This document shows positions 47,059 to 56,453 of a stretch of DNA of 64,000 nucleotides, piece after piece. Positions within the stretch are counted from its first letter, which is position 1; every line of letters starts with the position of its first letter. Below the pieces are notes generated by a model, which saw nothing but the letters and a program-made list of their open reading frames with translations, did no database searches and was not told the origin of the DNA. The stretch lies in the sequence record OR544956; one strand, given 5' to 3'. The DNA is from Escherichia phage vB_EcoM_EP57. The translations under genes were made by a program, and so were the position numbers.

Positions 47059-47327
47059 CAAGTTTTGAAAGTAACTTCGTTACCGCTTGGGAAGCTTGGG
47101 ATGAAATGGGTGTTGGGGAACTTTATTTTTACAATGTAACACTACGCCCAGAGTATGTTTACCTGGTACCAGAAGGAACAGTTCAAATTGGCATGTATTT
47201 GTCTTCTCAAGACGGTGTTGTTCAATTTGAGTTTTATTCAAACACAACGGACAACGAATTTACATACCGCGCATTTCATGTCAACATGTCTTTAGGAGAG
47301 GAGAAATTTTATGACGACCAAGTTTAA
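47037..47327 (+). CDS. hypothetical protein
   Basis: ORF track 96 aa. Confidence 0.3.
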   Translation: MAEFGSVTSFESNFVTAWEAWDEMGVGELYFYNVTLRPEYVYLVPEGTVQIGMYLSSQDGVVQFEFYSNTTDNEFTYRAFHVNMSLGEEKFYDDQV

Positions 47328-47508
47328 AACAGTAGAAGAAGCCGTAAAAGCAGCTTATGAGGCTTTAGCGGAAGCAGAGCAGTTAGCAGACGAGACTGGT
47401 GAAGGTTTCAGCTTCTCCCCTGAATATGGGATGGGTGGTTATTATGATCCAGAAGATGAAAATGAGAATACTGGAACAAATTGGCATCCATCTTCTTTAA
47501 GTTGTTAA
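47311..47508 (+). CDS. small acidic protein, W-x-S-S-x-S-C terminus (paralog 1)
   Basis: 65 aa ending NWHPSSLSC-stop. Confidence 0.4.
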   Translation: MTTKFKTVEEAVKAAYEALAEAEQLADETGEGFSFSPEYGMGGYYDPEDENENTGTNWHPSSLSC

Positions 47509-47518
47509 TAGGAGGTAA

Positions 47519-47789
47519 AGTGGGAATCGAAGATATCAAAGGTTATAAACCGCATACCGATGACAAAATTGGTAAAGTGAATGCTATTAAAGATGCTGAA
47601 GTTCGATTAGGATTAATCTTTGATGCTCTAATGTCTGAATTGTGGGCTGAACTGGATGATTGTGAAGATTTGGAAGAGTCTACCAATATATCCACCCGCC
47701 TTGACCAAATTTCAATAGCAAAGACTAAGTTGAAAGAAGCTTCTATGTGGGCCTGTCGTTCCGTTTTCCAACCAGAGGAGAAATACTAA
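47519..47789 (+). CDS. hypothetical protein
   Basis: GTG at 47519 after AGGAGG within track ORF 47481..47789. Confidence 0.3.
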
Positions 47790-48007
47790 TGAGTTATCGT
47801 AATGTTGAAGAATTAACTGAAAAAGCCCAAGCTATTATGGCTTTGGTGGACGAACTTACAAAAGAAGCTGAAGATGCTGGTTTTGGTCTTAGTTTAGAAG
47901 ATGACGCAATCTGTTTTGAAGATTGGCAATCCTCTTCTTGTTATGGTGAAGGTGATGATGGTTTCGTTGTTAATTCTCAAGGCGTTTGGCACAGTAGTAG
48001 CTGTTAA
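47789..48007 (+). CDS. small acidic protein, W-x-S-S-S-C terminus (paralog 2)
   Basis: ATG at 47789 after AGGAGA; ends VWHSSSC-stop. Confidence 0.4.
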   Translation: MSYRNVEELTEKAQAIMALVDELTKEAEDAGFGLSLEDDAICFEDWQSSSCYGEGDDGFVVNSQGVWHSSSC

Positions 48008-48016
48008 GGAGAGATT

Positions 48017-48289
48017 GTGGAGTCTGAAGGCGAACTGCTGATAAAAAAGAAAGTTAAAGAGATGGAACAAGCACAAAGAAAGTTTCGTAAGGAAATTGAA
48101 GAACTTTGTGAACAGTTTCAGGAACAAGCTTGGATAGGTGACTACGGTAACGGAGAAACTTATTACCCTACAGGAACGCCAGCCGCAGATCACTATATTG
48201 ATTTCATTTGTGAAGATTATGGTGTAGAGTTGGATGAAAATGGTTTAACCACAAGAGGTGTTTGGATCTCTTCTTCCTCAATGTGTTAG
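48017..48289 (+). CDS. small acidic protein, W-x-S-S-S-S-M-C terminus (paralog 3)
   Basis: GTG start after AAGGAGAG; ends VWISSSSMC-stop. Confidence 0.4.
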   Translation: MESEGELLIKKKVKEMEQAQRKFRKEIEELCEQFQEQAWIGDYGNGETYYPTGTPAADHYIDFICEDYGVELDENGLTTRGVWISSSSMC

Positions 48290-48297
48290 TAAATAAT

Positions 48298-48322
48298 AAC
48301 CCGCTTCGGCGGGTTTTTTATT
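48298..48322 (+). terminator. rho-independent terminator
   Basis: cccgc-ttcg-gcggg then TTTTTTATT. Confidence 0.55.
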
Positions 48323-48349
48323 GACAGGAATCTGGAAGCTTGATAAACT
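48321..48349 (+). promoter_or_regulatory. sigma70-like promoter
   Basis: TTGACA, 17-nt spacer, TAAACT. Confidence 0.35.
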
Positions 48350-48379
48350 TAACCTATCAACCAATAGAGGAGAAATATT

Positions 48380-49321
48380 ATGGTGTTAATTGGTAGCCGT
48401 GCATTGCAAATTCATGCTATGGACATGGGAAAAGACTTGTATCGCCCTTGTGTAGATTTAGATTACCTGTGTACAGAACAAGAGTGGGAAGAATTATCAA
48501 AAATGTTCTCTCAAGACGAGTTTGTTGAACTTGTAGAACGTAAAGGAAACAAAGGCCATGTCAAAATGATAGCTGGTGCACATTTGGAATACGATATTGC
48601 TTCTCAAGGAGATAGCACAGAAGCTTTGATTAGCTATTGTGAAGATTCTGATGATGTTCGTCGAACTTACGCTGGACATGTTGTTGCTCCTTTAGATGTG
48701 CTCTACCTTCTTAAAATGAGTCATCGTTTTAAAAAGGATAGTCCTCACTTCTTTAAAACTATGAAAGATATTCATTTCATGCGGTCACTGGGCGCAAAGA
48801 TCCCAGAAAATCTTAAGAGTATTTATGAGTTGCGTGAGAAAGAAACATACACTTACTCTCATCCGAACTTAAACGTAAAAAGTAAAGAGTTCTTTAAAGG
48901 TGACGAGGTTCCGTATGTTTATGATCATGATTCTATCCATGAAGCAATCGCGTTAATGGATGCTCCAGCATATAAATCTTATATGAAAGATGGAAGTGAA
49001 GTTATGACCAGCAAAGAAAAGTTTTTTGCTCAACCAAAACATGTGCGGCTGTTAGGTGTTTATGAAGAAGCGTGTGTTTTGGCTTTGGAACGTTCACAAA
49101 TTCCTTTCGGTGAAGAGATCGGAGGTCCAACCCCTAAGCAAAGTTTTATAATGGCTTTATCTAAAGTCTGCACATCCATCACTAGTGGTTGGTTTAGGGA
49201 ATATGCTTGGGAAAACTTTTATGTTGTTACTAAGCTATATGAAAACATGGGCGAAAACGACTATGTTGAACGTTTTAAAGCTAATCAACATGTAGTTAAG
49301 CCTTTTGAAGGAGGTTATTAA
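48380..49321 (+). CDS. hypothetical protein, possible nucleotidyltransferase fold
   Basis: 313 aa; N-terminal LIGSRALQ...VDLDYL resembles the GS...DxD pattern. Confidence 0.3.
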   Translation: MVLIGSRALQIHAMDMGKDLYRPCVDLDYLCTEQEWEELSKMFSQDEFVELVERKGNKGHVKMIAGAHLEYDIASQGDSTEALISYCEDSDDVRRTYAGHVVAPLDVLYLLKMSHRFKKDSPHFFKTMKDIHFMRSLGAKIPENLKSIYELREKETYTYSHPNLNVKSKEFFKGDEVPYVYDHDSIHEAIALMDAPAYKSYMKDGSEVMTSKEKFFAQPKHVRLLGVYEEACVLALERSQIPFGEEIGGPTPKQSFIMALSKVCTSITSGWFREYAWENFYVVTKLYENMGENDYVERFKANQHVVKPFEGGY

Positions 49322-49718
49322 TATGTGTGGATATCTTTCAGAAAGTTATTTCAAAGTGACCCAGGAGGATTTAGAAAAAGCACGATTGAAACTGACAGCT
49401 ATTATTGAATACTCTAATACTGTTGATCACAGATTAAAGACTACTAAAGTATCTGTTCCTTGTTGGTTAGGTTTACGGCATAAAACAATGTCTCAGCATG
49501 ACCATGTTGTTCGAGAGATGCATGGTTGGTGTTGGTTTCACGATGTGGCTCTGCATTTTGGTTATATTACAGAAGAAGAGCATAGATTCTGTGAACTAAC
49601 ATATCGTATTCCAACCCTTTACGATTTAGATTTGTGGAAGAAAGCAAACGAGATTTTTCTTACAGAAAGTGATTGGCGTAAAGTTATGGCTTGTCTTGAA
49701 TGGAGGGGTAATGAGTAA
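49305..49718 (+). CDS. hypothetical protein
   Basis: ORF track 137 aa. Confidence 0.35.
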   Translation: MKEVINMCGYLSESYFKVTQEDLEKARLKLTAIIEYSNTVDHRLKTTKVSVPCWLGLRHKTMSQHDHVVREMHGWCWFHDVALHFGYITEEEHRFCELTYRIPTLYDLDLWKKANEIFLTESDWRKVMACLEWRGNE

Positions 49719-50394
49719 AACAGTTTTGTCTATGTTTGACGGATCTGGGATCATGGTGTTACGTTATGCCGAAGCAGGTCACAAGTGTTTTTGTGTAAAC
49801 GCTGATGAAGGGGATCACGGTAAATACGAGGTTAGGATGGAGCACCCAAACATAACCTATGTGAATGCTTGGATAGATTCTACATTCAACCCTGAAGATC
49901 ATGGGATACCTAAACCCGATATTATTTTTGGATTTCCACCTTGCACTATGTTAGCAGGTAGTGGTAGCAAACATGAACGTAGCACAGAGGAATTAGATGA
50001 AGCTTTAGCTAATATTCGTGTAGTGGAAGCTTTGGGTAACAAATATAATGTTCCTTGGATGATTGAGAACCCAGTAGGTAAACTTTCAACCTTATGGCGT
50101 AAACCCGATTTTTACTTTGATCCTTATGAGTATGGTGGGTATTTGTTTGAAGAGGAAGGAAGCTTTCATCCTAAAATGCCTACCCGTGATGGGTATACAA
50201 AGAAAACTTGTATTTGGCACGGCAATGGTTTTGTTCAACCAGTGAAGAAACCAGTAGATCATATAGGCTGCTTTTGGGGTTGGAAAAGCTTAGGTGGAGC
50301 TAGTGCAAAAACAAAACAACTTAGATCCCTAACCGCACGTGGTTTTGCTCGTGCCGTGTTTTTGTCTAACAATCTTCTAGATAAGGAGAAATAA
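49714..50394 (+). CDS. cytosine-C5 methyltransferase-like protein (short, atypical)
   Basis: Motif I-like LSMFDGSGI, motif IV-like FGFPPCT, motif VI-like IENPVG; ATG at 49714. Confidence 0.3.
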   Translation, partial: SKTVLSMFDGSGIMVLRYAEAGHKCFCVNADEGDHGKYEVRMEHPNITYVNAWIDSTFNPEDHGIPKPDIIFGFPPCTMLAGSGSKHERSTEELDEALANIRVVEALGNKYNVPWMIENPVGKLSTLWRKPDFYFDPYEYGGYLFEEEGSFHPKMPTRDGYTKKTCIWHGNGFVQPVKKPVDHIGCFWGWKSLGGASAKTKQLRSLTARGFARAVFLSNNLLDKEK

Positions 50395-51047
50395 TGTCAA
50401 ATTCAAAACCAGTAGTTGCTTATCAAGTAGATCGTAATGATGGTGAAGGAAGTGTTGTTATTTTCAGTACACACGGTCTTGAGGCTCGTCGAAAAGGTGC
50501 ATATCGTTTAGAATGTGAGTTTGAAGACTGCACAAGCCACCGTGTCAAACAATTCGATCAATATGCTGATAAAGGCTTCGTCCCTGTCAAAGCCTTACTG
50601 GAAGATGGTTGGTGGGTATATTCTGCTTTTGATTACTCAAGACTGGAGGAGTCAGCTTCGTGCGCCTCCGAGATCGAATATGATGATTACTATGACACTC
50701 TGTACCTTCCAGAATGGCTTGTCTTTTCTCCTGATGAAAAAAGTGTCTGGAAAACGTGGGAAGAAATGGAGAGACATGCGTATAGCATCAATGAAGCTTT
50801 AGATCGTAAAGCTTGGTTTATTGAGGCAGTAAAGGCGGCATACCCCCAATTCTCATTCTGTGATTTCACTGGTGGCCCAGGATACATTACACATACAGCC
50901 TCTTTTGAGTTTCCTGGTTCACGTTATAAGGGTAATGTTTATTGGGACTGGGATGAAAATAAACAACCTTCGGCTCAAGACTTCCGTTGCTATGTTTGTC
51001 AAGGTGATCAAGAAGCCCTTGACAAATACCTTGAAAGTCTGGTATAG
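50394..51047 (+). CDS. hypothetical protein
   Basis: ORF track 217 aa. Confidence 0.35.
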   Translation: MSNSKPVVAYQVDRNDGEGSVVIFSTHGLEARRKGAYRLECEFEDCTSHRVKQFDQYADKGFVPVKALLEDGWWVYSAFDYSRLEESASCASEIEYDDYYDTLYLPEWLVFSPDEKSVWKTWEEMERHAYSINEALDRKAWFIEAVKAAYPQFSFCDFTGGPGYITHTASFEFPGSRYKGNVYWDWDENKQPSAQDFRCYVCQGDQEALDKYLESLV

Positions 51048-51409
51048 TGCCGATATCTGAACAAAGCCTCCTGTTTCAGGGGGCTTTTCTTTTATAGGAG
51101 GGAATATGTTTCAATGCACATTGGTTGGTGAGCAAACTAAAAGAAAAAGAGAAACCATTTCCTACTCTGCTTGATCGTTCTCTTGTGGAAGATGCAGGTA
51201 AAGCATATGCAGACTATGCGTATGCAGACGGGAAATATTTGGAAGATGATAAGGCTAACCATTTGCTTTATGTTTACTATGAAGCTGAATCTGCCTACGA
51301 TAATTATTACAGCATGTCTAACATCCTACGTCTGTTTGCAGAGTTTGATATTTATTAAACAAATAAACCACTCAAGGGGCTTCGGCCCCTTTCTTATTAG
51401 GAGAATAAA

Positions 51410-51643
51410 ATGACTGAAGAAATCCGTGATTACTACCTTGCACATTACGTTTACTACTTTGCCAATGCTACACAAAAAGGGGAAGGTAATCTTTACTTGG
51501 CAACAGGACATGGAACAGGCGTTAGGAAATCAGAAGATAAACTTCAAACACCTGTAGTTGTAGTGATGCAAAACATAAGTTACCTAGCAAGTTGTACTGA
51601 AACCGAATTTAACGCGTCTGAAACGCAATCTAACGAAGAATAA
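51410..51643 (+). CDS. hypothetical protein
   Basis: 77 aa; RBS AGGAGAA; last rightward gene. Confidence 0.35.
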   Translation: MTEEIRDYYLAHYVYYFANATQKGEGNLYLATGHGTGVRKSEDKLQTPVVVVMQNISYLASCTETEFNASETQSNEE

Positions 51644-51678
51644 AACAAAGGCACCCAAGTGGGTGCCTTTTCTATTTT
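51642..51678. terminator. bidirectional terminator between converging gene blocks
   Basis: ggcaccc-aagt-gggtgcc flanked by A-run and T-run. Confidence 0.5.
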
Positions 51679-51712
51679 AGAGCGTCTCTGTTCGATTTAG
51701 GTGGGTTCTAGC

Positions 51713-51943
51713 TTACTTGTGTAGTGCTCTCTCGTATAACTCAATGATCAATTCATCCTCTACTGTAATACGCGCCATTTGATCCGTCTTAAGTATTGTT
51801 GGTTGGTAGTGGTGCATTTCACTATTGATAATACAATCCCATTCGTCATAACCTAAATACTCTCCTACATGGACCTTAACCATAAAGGGAAACGGGTTAT
51901 CTACCAAAAATGCCATACAACCTTCTTCGATTTTATTTAACAC
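51713..51943 (-). CDS. hypothetical protein
   Basis: ORF track 76 aa. Confidence 0.3.
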   Translation of the reverse strand: MLNKIEEGCMAFLVDNPFPFMVKVHVGEYLGYDEWDCIINSEMHHYQPTILKTDQMARITVEDELIIELYERALHK

Positions 51944-51967
51944 ACGACCTCCTATTGCTACAGATAT

Positions 51968-51990
51968 GAAAAAACCCGCCGAAGCGGGTT
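51968..51990 (-). terminator. rho-independent terminator
   Basis: cccgc-cgaa-gcggg followed on minus strand by TTTTTTC. Confidence 0.45.
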
Positions 51991-52034
51991 CTATTGCTAC
52001 GATAGGATCACTATCCTATAGTATTGTTTCTGTG

Positions 52035-52316
52035 TCAAGCCTTAGCGTAGAAAAACTTCTCATATTCAGCTTTTGTTACGATTGTGGGGCAACCTTTTGT
52101 TCCATCCTCGATAACAGGGGCTTCTACCATTCTGGTGTTGAATAAGCAATAAGTTCCACGCATGTAAATACCCAGTTTTGTTTCTACGATGTGCTCTTTA
52201 CTTACGCTTGAAAACTTAATCTCACCATCGGAGTCTCTTATAGCAATAAGCGCATGTTCGGGCCAATCTTTTCCTTTTGCTCCTAAAGCATTATACAATT
52301 CTTGAACGAGTTCCAT
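52035..52316 (-). CDS. hypothetical protein
   Basis: ORF track 93 aa. Confidence 0.35.
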   Translation of the reverse strand: MELVQELYNALGAKGKDWPEHALIAIRDSDGEIKFSSVSKEHIVETKLGIYMRGTYCLFNTRMVEAPVIEDGTKGCPTIVTKAEYEKFFYAKA

Positions 52317-52328
52317 ATGACCTCCTTA

Positions 52329-52502
52329 TTAAATAACAAATTTTTCTTCTTCTGGCTTATCGTAATCTGGAGAATAAACATGTGCGGGATTAAAACCTTT
52401 AAAATTTCCGCGACCTTTACGTGGACAGTTGAATGTGCGAGCTTGATGATCCCCAAAAGATTTCCCACAATGCATACATTTAAAATCAGTGCGTTTAGTC
52501 AT
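52329..52502 (-). CDS. small zinc-finger-like protein
   Basis: ATG at 52502 after AAGGAGA; CMHCG...FNCPRKGRG. Confidence 0.3.
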   Translation of the reverse strand: MTKRTDFKCMHCGKSFGDHQARTFNCPRKGRGNFKGFNPAHVYSPDYDKPEEEKFVI

Positions 52503-52665
52503 GCCATATCTCCTTTTAAAAGGCTGCACCTATTGAAGATGCAGCTTTGATAGATTATTTAGATGAGTCTAAAATGTCTTTTACTTTTGCCGTGATAACG
52601 TCTTGATATTTGTTAATAAGATAGCCTACAACTACACCTACGATAAATGAAACCATTATTTCTCC

Positions 52666-53274
52666 TTATTTAAGTGGTGAGAGAACAATCTCTCGGTTTT
52701 TTAAGAACCAAAGCATGTCATCTTGATCATAGTCTGATCCCTCTGTAGTAGAATTTTTGATAGAATCAAAAAACCAACGAGGTATACCAAAACAACTTCC
52801 AGATGACTGCATGTCTTTCTGCGACATTTTAAATGTGATTGGAAAATCACAATTATCAATCTCTCGGATATCTGCTGAAGATAAGATTGTAACTTCAACC
52901 AGTTCGTCGTTAGATGTAGTATCGTTGTCTTCCTGAATAATGTCAAATGCTTTTTGCACATCTTTTGCATCTAATGTTAAACCTGTGGCTTTCTGAAAAG
53001 CCGAAACAAAAATTAGAGCTTCTTCAGAGCAAGGGGCTTCCAGCAAATGAGCCATAATAGGTGACAAGCAAATGTTAAGATCTTTGTCATACCAACGAAC
53101 AATCCACACAGGCGTTGCTCCGTTTTGTTTGTCACGAGCCAAAATTGTAACGTGCTGACCTTCTTCTGGTATATGATACAAACCAGAAAAACCAGGACCT
53201 GTAGTAGATTTTTTGACACGCGCTACGTGTCCAACTTCTAAAGGATCTTTACCATCCCAAATCTTCTCTTCCAT
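52666..53274 (-). CDS. hypothetical protein
   Basis: ORF track 202 aa. Confidence 0.35.
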   Translation of the reverse strand: MEEKIWDGKDPLEVGHVARVKKSTTGPGFSGLYHIPEEGQHVTILARDKQNGATPVWIVRWYDKDLNICLSPIMAHLLEAPCSEEALIFVSAFQKATGLTLDAKDVQKAFDIIQEDNDTTSNDELVEVTILSSADIREIDNCDFPITFKMSQKDMQSSGSCFGIPRWFFDSIKNSTTEGSDYDQDDMLWFLKNREIVLSPLK

Positions 53275-53282
53275 ATAACCTC

Positions 53283-53546
53283 CTAAATAACATCTTTGAA
53301 ATAGTGAATCACTTCAATATTATGGTACAAAGTGCTTCGCTCTTTTGTGTACTCTGTTTTAGTAACAAACACTTTTGCAATACCGTACTTATGCGCTGGT
53401 AGGTTTGGATTGGTTTGCATAATTTCTTTCACTACACTTATAGTTTCGTGCTCGGATTCCCAATAAGTGAAGTAACCCTCACTATCAACGATTAAAGACT
53501 CGTTTTCAAGATCTACAAAACAGAAAAATATTGACGGATGGCTCAT
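53283..53546 (-). CDS. hypothetical protein
   Basis: ORF track 87 aa. Confidence 0.3.
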   Translation of the reverse strand: MSHPSIFFCFVDLENESLIVDSEGYFTYWESEHETISVVKEIMQTNPNLPAHKYGIAKVFVTKTEYTKERSTLYHNIEVIHYFKDVI

Positions 53547-53706
53547 TCTTTTTCTTCAACCTTCCTCAAAGCTTTTTGATCGAATATAGCGTGTTGCAAC
53601 TCCCCGTTTTCATCAAACCAAGTTACTTTACAAGATTCACCATAACTTTCTATTACTGTCATTTGTTTGTTTGCACCTTTAAGACAAACCACATCACCTA
53701 CTTGCA

Positions 53707-54141
53707 TCATGATTGAGTTCCTTTTTGTTTTTCAATAGCTGCACGAATTTCTGCTAAAGGCTCTGCTACCAGATCTTCAACTTCTTGGATTTGTTCATTC
53801 ATTACGTCACGAACCATTTGAATCCGCTCTTCAAGGGAGACAGCAAGTTCATCTGCATAAGCCATATTAAGAACGTGGTAGAAATTTTCTTGTGCACTTA
53901 AAGCACCAGATAACAAATAATCCTGATCTTCCTCTGGTAAAAGCATGTGTTGCTCATATTCAGCAAAAGTGTTTTTGTTAATCTCAAGCAAAGCACCCAT
54001 CATAACATCATACTGATAATCTTTATGACCAGGATTGTTTAAAACAACATCTTCAAAAATATTAAGAAGAATCTTAGTAACAAATGCTTCCATCTGACGG
54101 ATTACCGTGATTACTTCTCTTTCTTTAGCGTTTTGGCTCAT
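53707..54141 (-). CDS. hypothetical acidic protein
   Basis: ATG at 54141 after GAGGAG within track ORF 53707..54243. Confidence 0.35.
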   Translation of the reverse strand: MSQNAKEREVITVIRQMEAFVTKILLNIFEDVVLNNPGHKDYQYDVMMGALLEINKNTFAEYEQHMLLPEEDQDYLLSGALSAQENFYHVLNMAYADELAVSLEERIQMVRDVMNEQIQEVEDLVAEPLAEIRAAIEKQKGTQS

Positions 54142-54298
54142 AGTATTTCTCCTCTGACTCTGTTTGGATATAACCCGTGGTTTTGCACATCCGCCATAAC
54201 ATACCCTGAACCACCACAATAGGGGCAAGGCATAGGAGGACAAGGTATGGACGTAGTAATTGTTACAACATCATCAATTGCTAACATTTTCGCCATTA

Positions 54299-54547
54299 TT
54301 ACCACTCCGCTATTAATGTCAGACCAAGTGCATCGTTAAAACGCTCAACATTTGAATATAGGTATGGAGGGGTTATTTGCTCTAAAATTTGTGCTGCTTC
54401 CACTTGGTGCTCTATGTTTTGAGAAGTTCGGGCATAAACTAAGACACCCATTTTATTCAAAATAAAAACAGAATCAGACCCATCCAGCTTATCAACGGCT
54501 GCATACATTTTAGTCATATCTTCTCCTGGATTACCATTCAGCAACAA
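54299..54547 (-). CDS. hypothetical protein
   Basis: ORF track 82 aa. Confidence 0.3.
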   Translation of the reverse strand: MLLNGNPGEDMTKMYAAVDKLDGSDSVFILNKMGVLVYARTSQNIEHQVEAAQILEQITPPYLYSNVERFNDALGLTLIAEW

Positions 54548-54746
54548 GACTAGGATTCATAGCAAAAGCTTTGAAAGTTGTTATATCATGACTAACATTA
54601 AAACTAACACCTTTTACTTTCTCTAGTATTTGAACTTTCGTCTCTCCGTCCCACGGTAGGATGATAACACCATCTTCTGTGATCAACCACCAATGGTTCT
54701 CTCCATCTCGTGAATCTTTTGCTTTGTATAGAAAATTGGAACTCAT
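54531..54746 (-). CDS. hypothetical protein
   Basis: 71 aa; RBS GGAGGA; promoter-like TTGACA upstream. Confidence 0.35.
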   Translation of the reverse strand: MSSNFLYKAKDSRDGENHWWLITEDGVIILPWDGETKVQILEKVKGVSFNVSHDITTFKAFAMNPSLVAEW

Positions 54747-55106
54747 TCTTCCTCCTGTTCGGTATTATTCACTTGTGAGACACAATGTAACACAAGCTTT
54801 GTGAGTTTGTCAAGGATCTAATTACATTCTACAGAAGAAGAGGGTTAATAACTATAGGAATAGTCTTACTATAGGTGCAATACTAGTTAAGAGTTAGATT
54901 GATAGGTAAGACTTATCTTAAACAGATAATTGATAGGTGAATCAGCATTGACTTTTTCAAAAAAATATGGTACCCTAAACATATGTTTACGAGCGATAGC
55001 GAGTAGTAGATTTCTATATAATAATGTTTCATGTTACTCACGATAGTGAGGTATGAAACGTAAGTGAAGGTAGATAAACTATGATCATCTATCTACCATC
55101 TATTAA

Positions 55107-55316
55107 TCAATATAGATCTAATGTTAGACTAACAGTTATCCAACAAACAATAGCAGTCCATATAACAAGTAATGATCTACAAACTACATCCCATTCAAAT
55201 ACATTGTATGTTAACCATTCTCCCATCACAACAGAAGAACCCAACCAACATCCAACAATAACTATAATCCAATAAAAGAATCCTACAGTAGAGTATACAG
55301 CAAAAGCTTTTAACAT
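55107..55316 (-). CDS. small membrane protein
   Basis: 69 aa, strongly hydrophobic; ATG after GGAGGA overlapping upstream stop. Confidence 0.35.
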   Translation of the reverse strand: MLKAFAVYSTVGFFYWIIVIVGCWLGSSVVMGEWLTYNVFEWDVVCRSLLVIWTAIVCWITVSLTLDLY

Positions 55317-55729
55317 CTTTCCTCCAGAAGTTGTTCAACAGTTTGACGAGTATGATTGTCCCAGTAAACCTTAGTGAAGTCAAGAGTTCCTTGTTCGTTT
55401 CTCTTAGTTTCGAAGAAGTATCCGCCTTCTCTTTCTACTCTGTCTCTAATGTGCTCTATGAGGTGCTTTTTACAAGATGCTGATAAACAATAGTCATACT
55501 CCCCACGAAGCAATGCTATAGCTGCAAGTCTGTTATCACCAACTTGAGATATTGTCCAAGAAAGCATACTACCTTCTATACCTAAAGGTGTTTGTCGAAT
55601 GGAATATCCACCATGCCGACTGATAGAAATTATGGCAAGTGGTTCTCCTGTTAGAGATCTTCCTAATGCACCTTCTGTTGGACTTCCTTCAACAATACGT
55701 TTGAAAAAAGCTTTGATCTTACCTAACAT
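55310..55729 (-). CDS. hypothetical protein
   Basis: ORF track 139 aa. Confidence 0.35.
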   Translation of the reverse strand: MLGKIKAFFKRIVEGSPTEGALGRSLTGEPLAIISISRHGGYSIRQTPLGIEGSMLSWTISQVGDNRLAAIALLRGEYDYCLSASCKKHLIEHIRDRVEREGGYFFETKRNEQGTLDFTKVYWDNHTRQTVEQLLEERC

Positions 55730-55873
55730 AAGTCCCCCTTAAAAACTTACTTGTTTAAAGTATCTCTTACTTGTTCTGCTTGACGTTTAGTAATAAAAGT
55801 CCCAACCGAAACGTTAAATTCATTGACTACAGAGAACGATCCATCACGATTCTCACGAATATTAAACAATTTC

Positions 55874-56077
55874 TTACTCATTTCTACCTCCTTCAATGCT
55901 TTGTGCCGTACCATCCCAAGCCATTAGAATATTTGCCAATAGCTCACGAGGCTCTTTAAACCAAACTTCCATTTCATCAAGGATCTCGTCCGTGTCGTAA
56001 GTATAACCTGGAACACCAAGTTCACATTTCTTAAGATAGCTTTCTAACCAGCGGTGATAATTCTTAACCCCATTCAT
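55874..56077 (-). CDS. hypothetical protein
   Basis: ORF track 67 aa. Confidence 0.25.
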   Translation of the reverse strand: MNGVKNYHRWLESYLKKCELGVPGYTYDTDEILDEMEVWFKEPRELLANILMAWDGTAQSIEGGRNE

Positions 56078-56450
56078 ACTGTGCTACCTTTTCTTTTACC
56101 CAATCTACACGATCTTTATCATAATGTTGAGTGCCAAGGAAAAGACCATTGTGGAAACTTTCCTCACCGAAAGGATAAATTGGATCTAAACCATCTTCTT
56201 CAAACAACATTTTTAATCTGTTTGATGTAGATTTCTTAGTTTCTGAATTGTAGTTTGTGGTTATAAGCCAATCTTCCAAACAACGACACAAGCCTTGACG
56301 AGAATCCCAAGGAAAAACACAATCTCCGACAGGAGCTTGTTCCGCCCATTTCAACCAACCTTTAAAAAAGTTATACAATATGTAGTCTTCAGTGTAATAC
56401 ATTAGCGCCTCCTTTACATATACAATAACACCCCGCAGAACGGGGTGCAA
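56064..56450 (-). CDS. family-A paralog 1 (GLC...PF...R-V-x-W-V-K motif family)
   Basis: 128 aa; shares GLCRCL, YPFG and DRVDWVKEKV blocks with three other ORFs. Confidence 0.4.
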   Translation of the reverse strand: MHPVLRGVIVYVKEALMYYTEDYILYNFFKGWLKWAEQAPVGDCVFPWDSRQGLCRCLEDWLITTNYNSETKKSTSNRLKMLFEEDGLDPIYPFGEESFHNGLFLGTQHYDKDRVDWVKEKVAQYEWG

Positions 56451-56453
56451 CTG

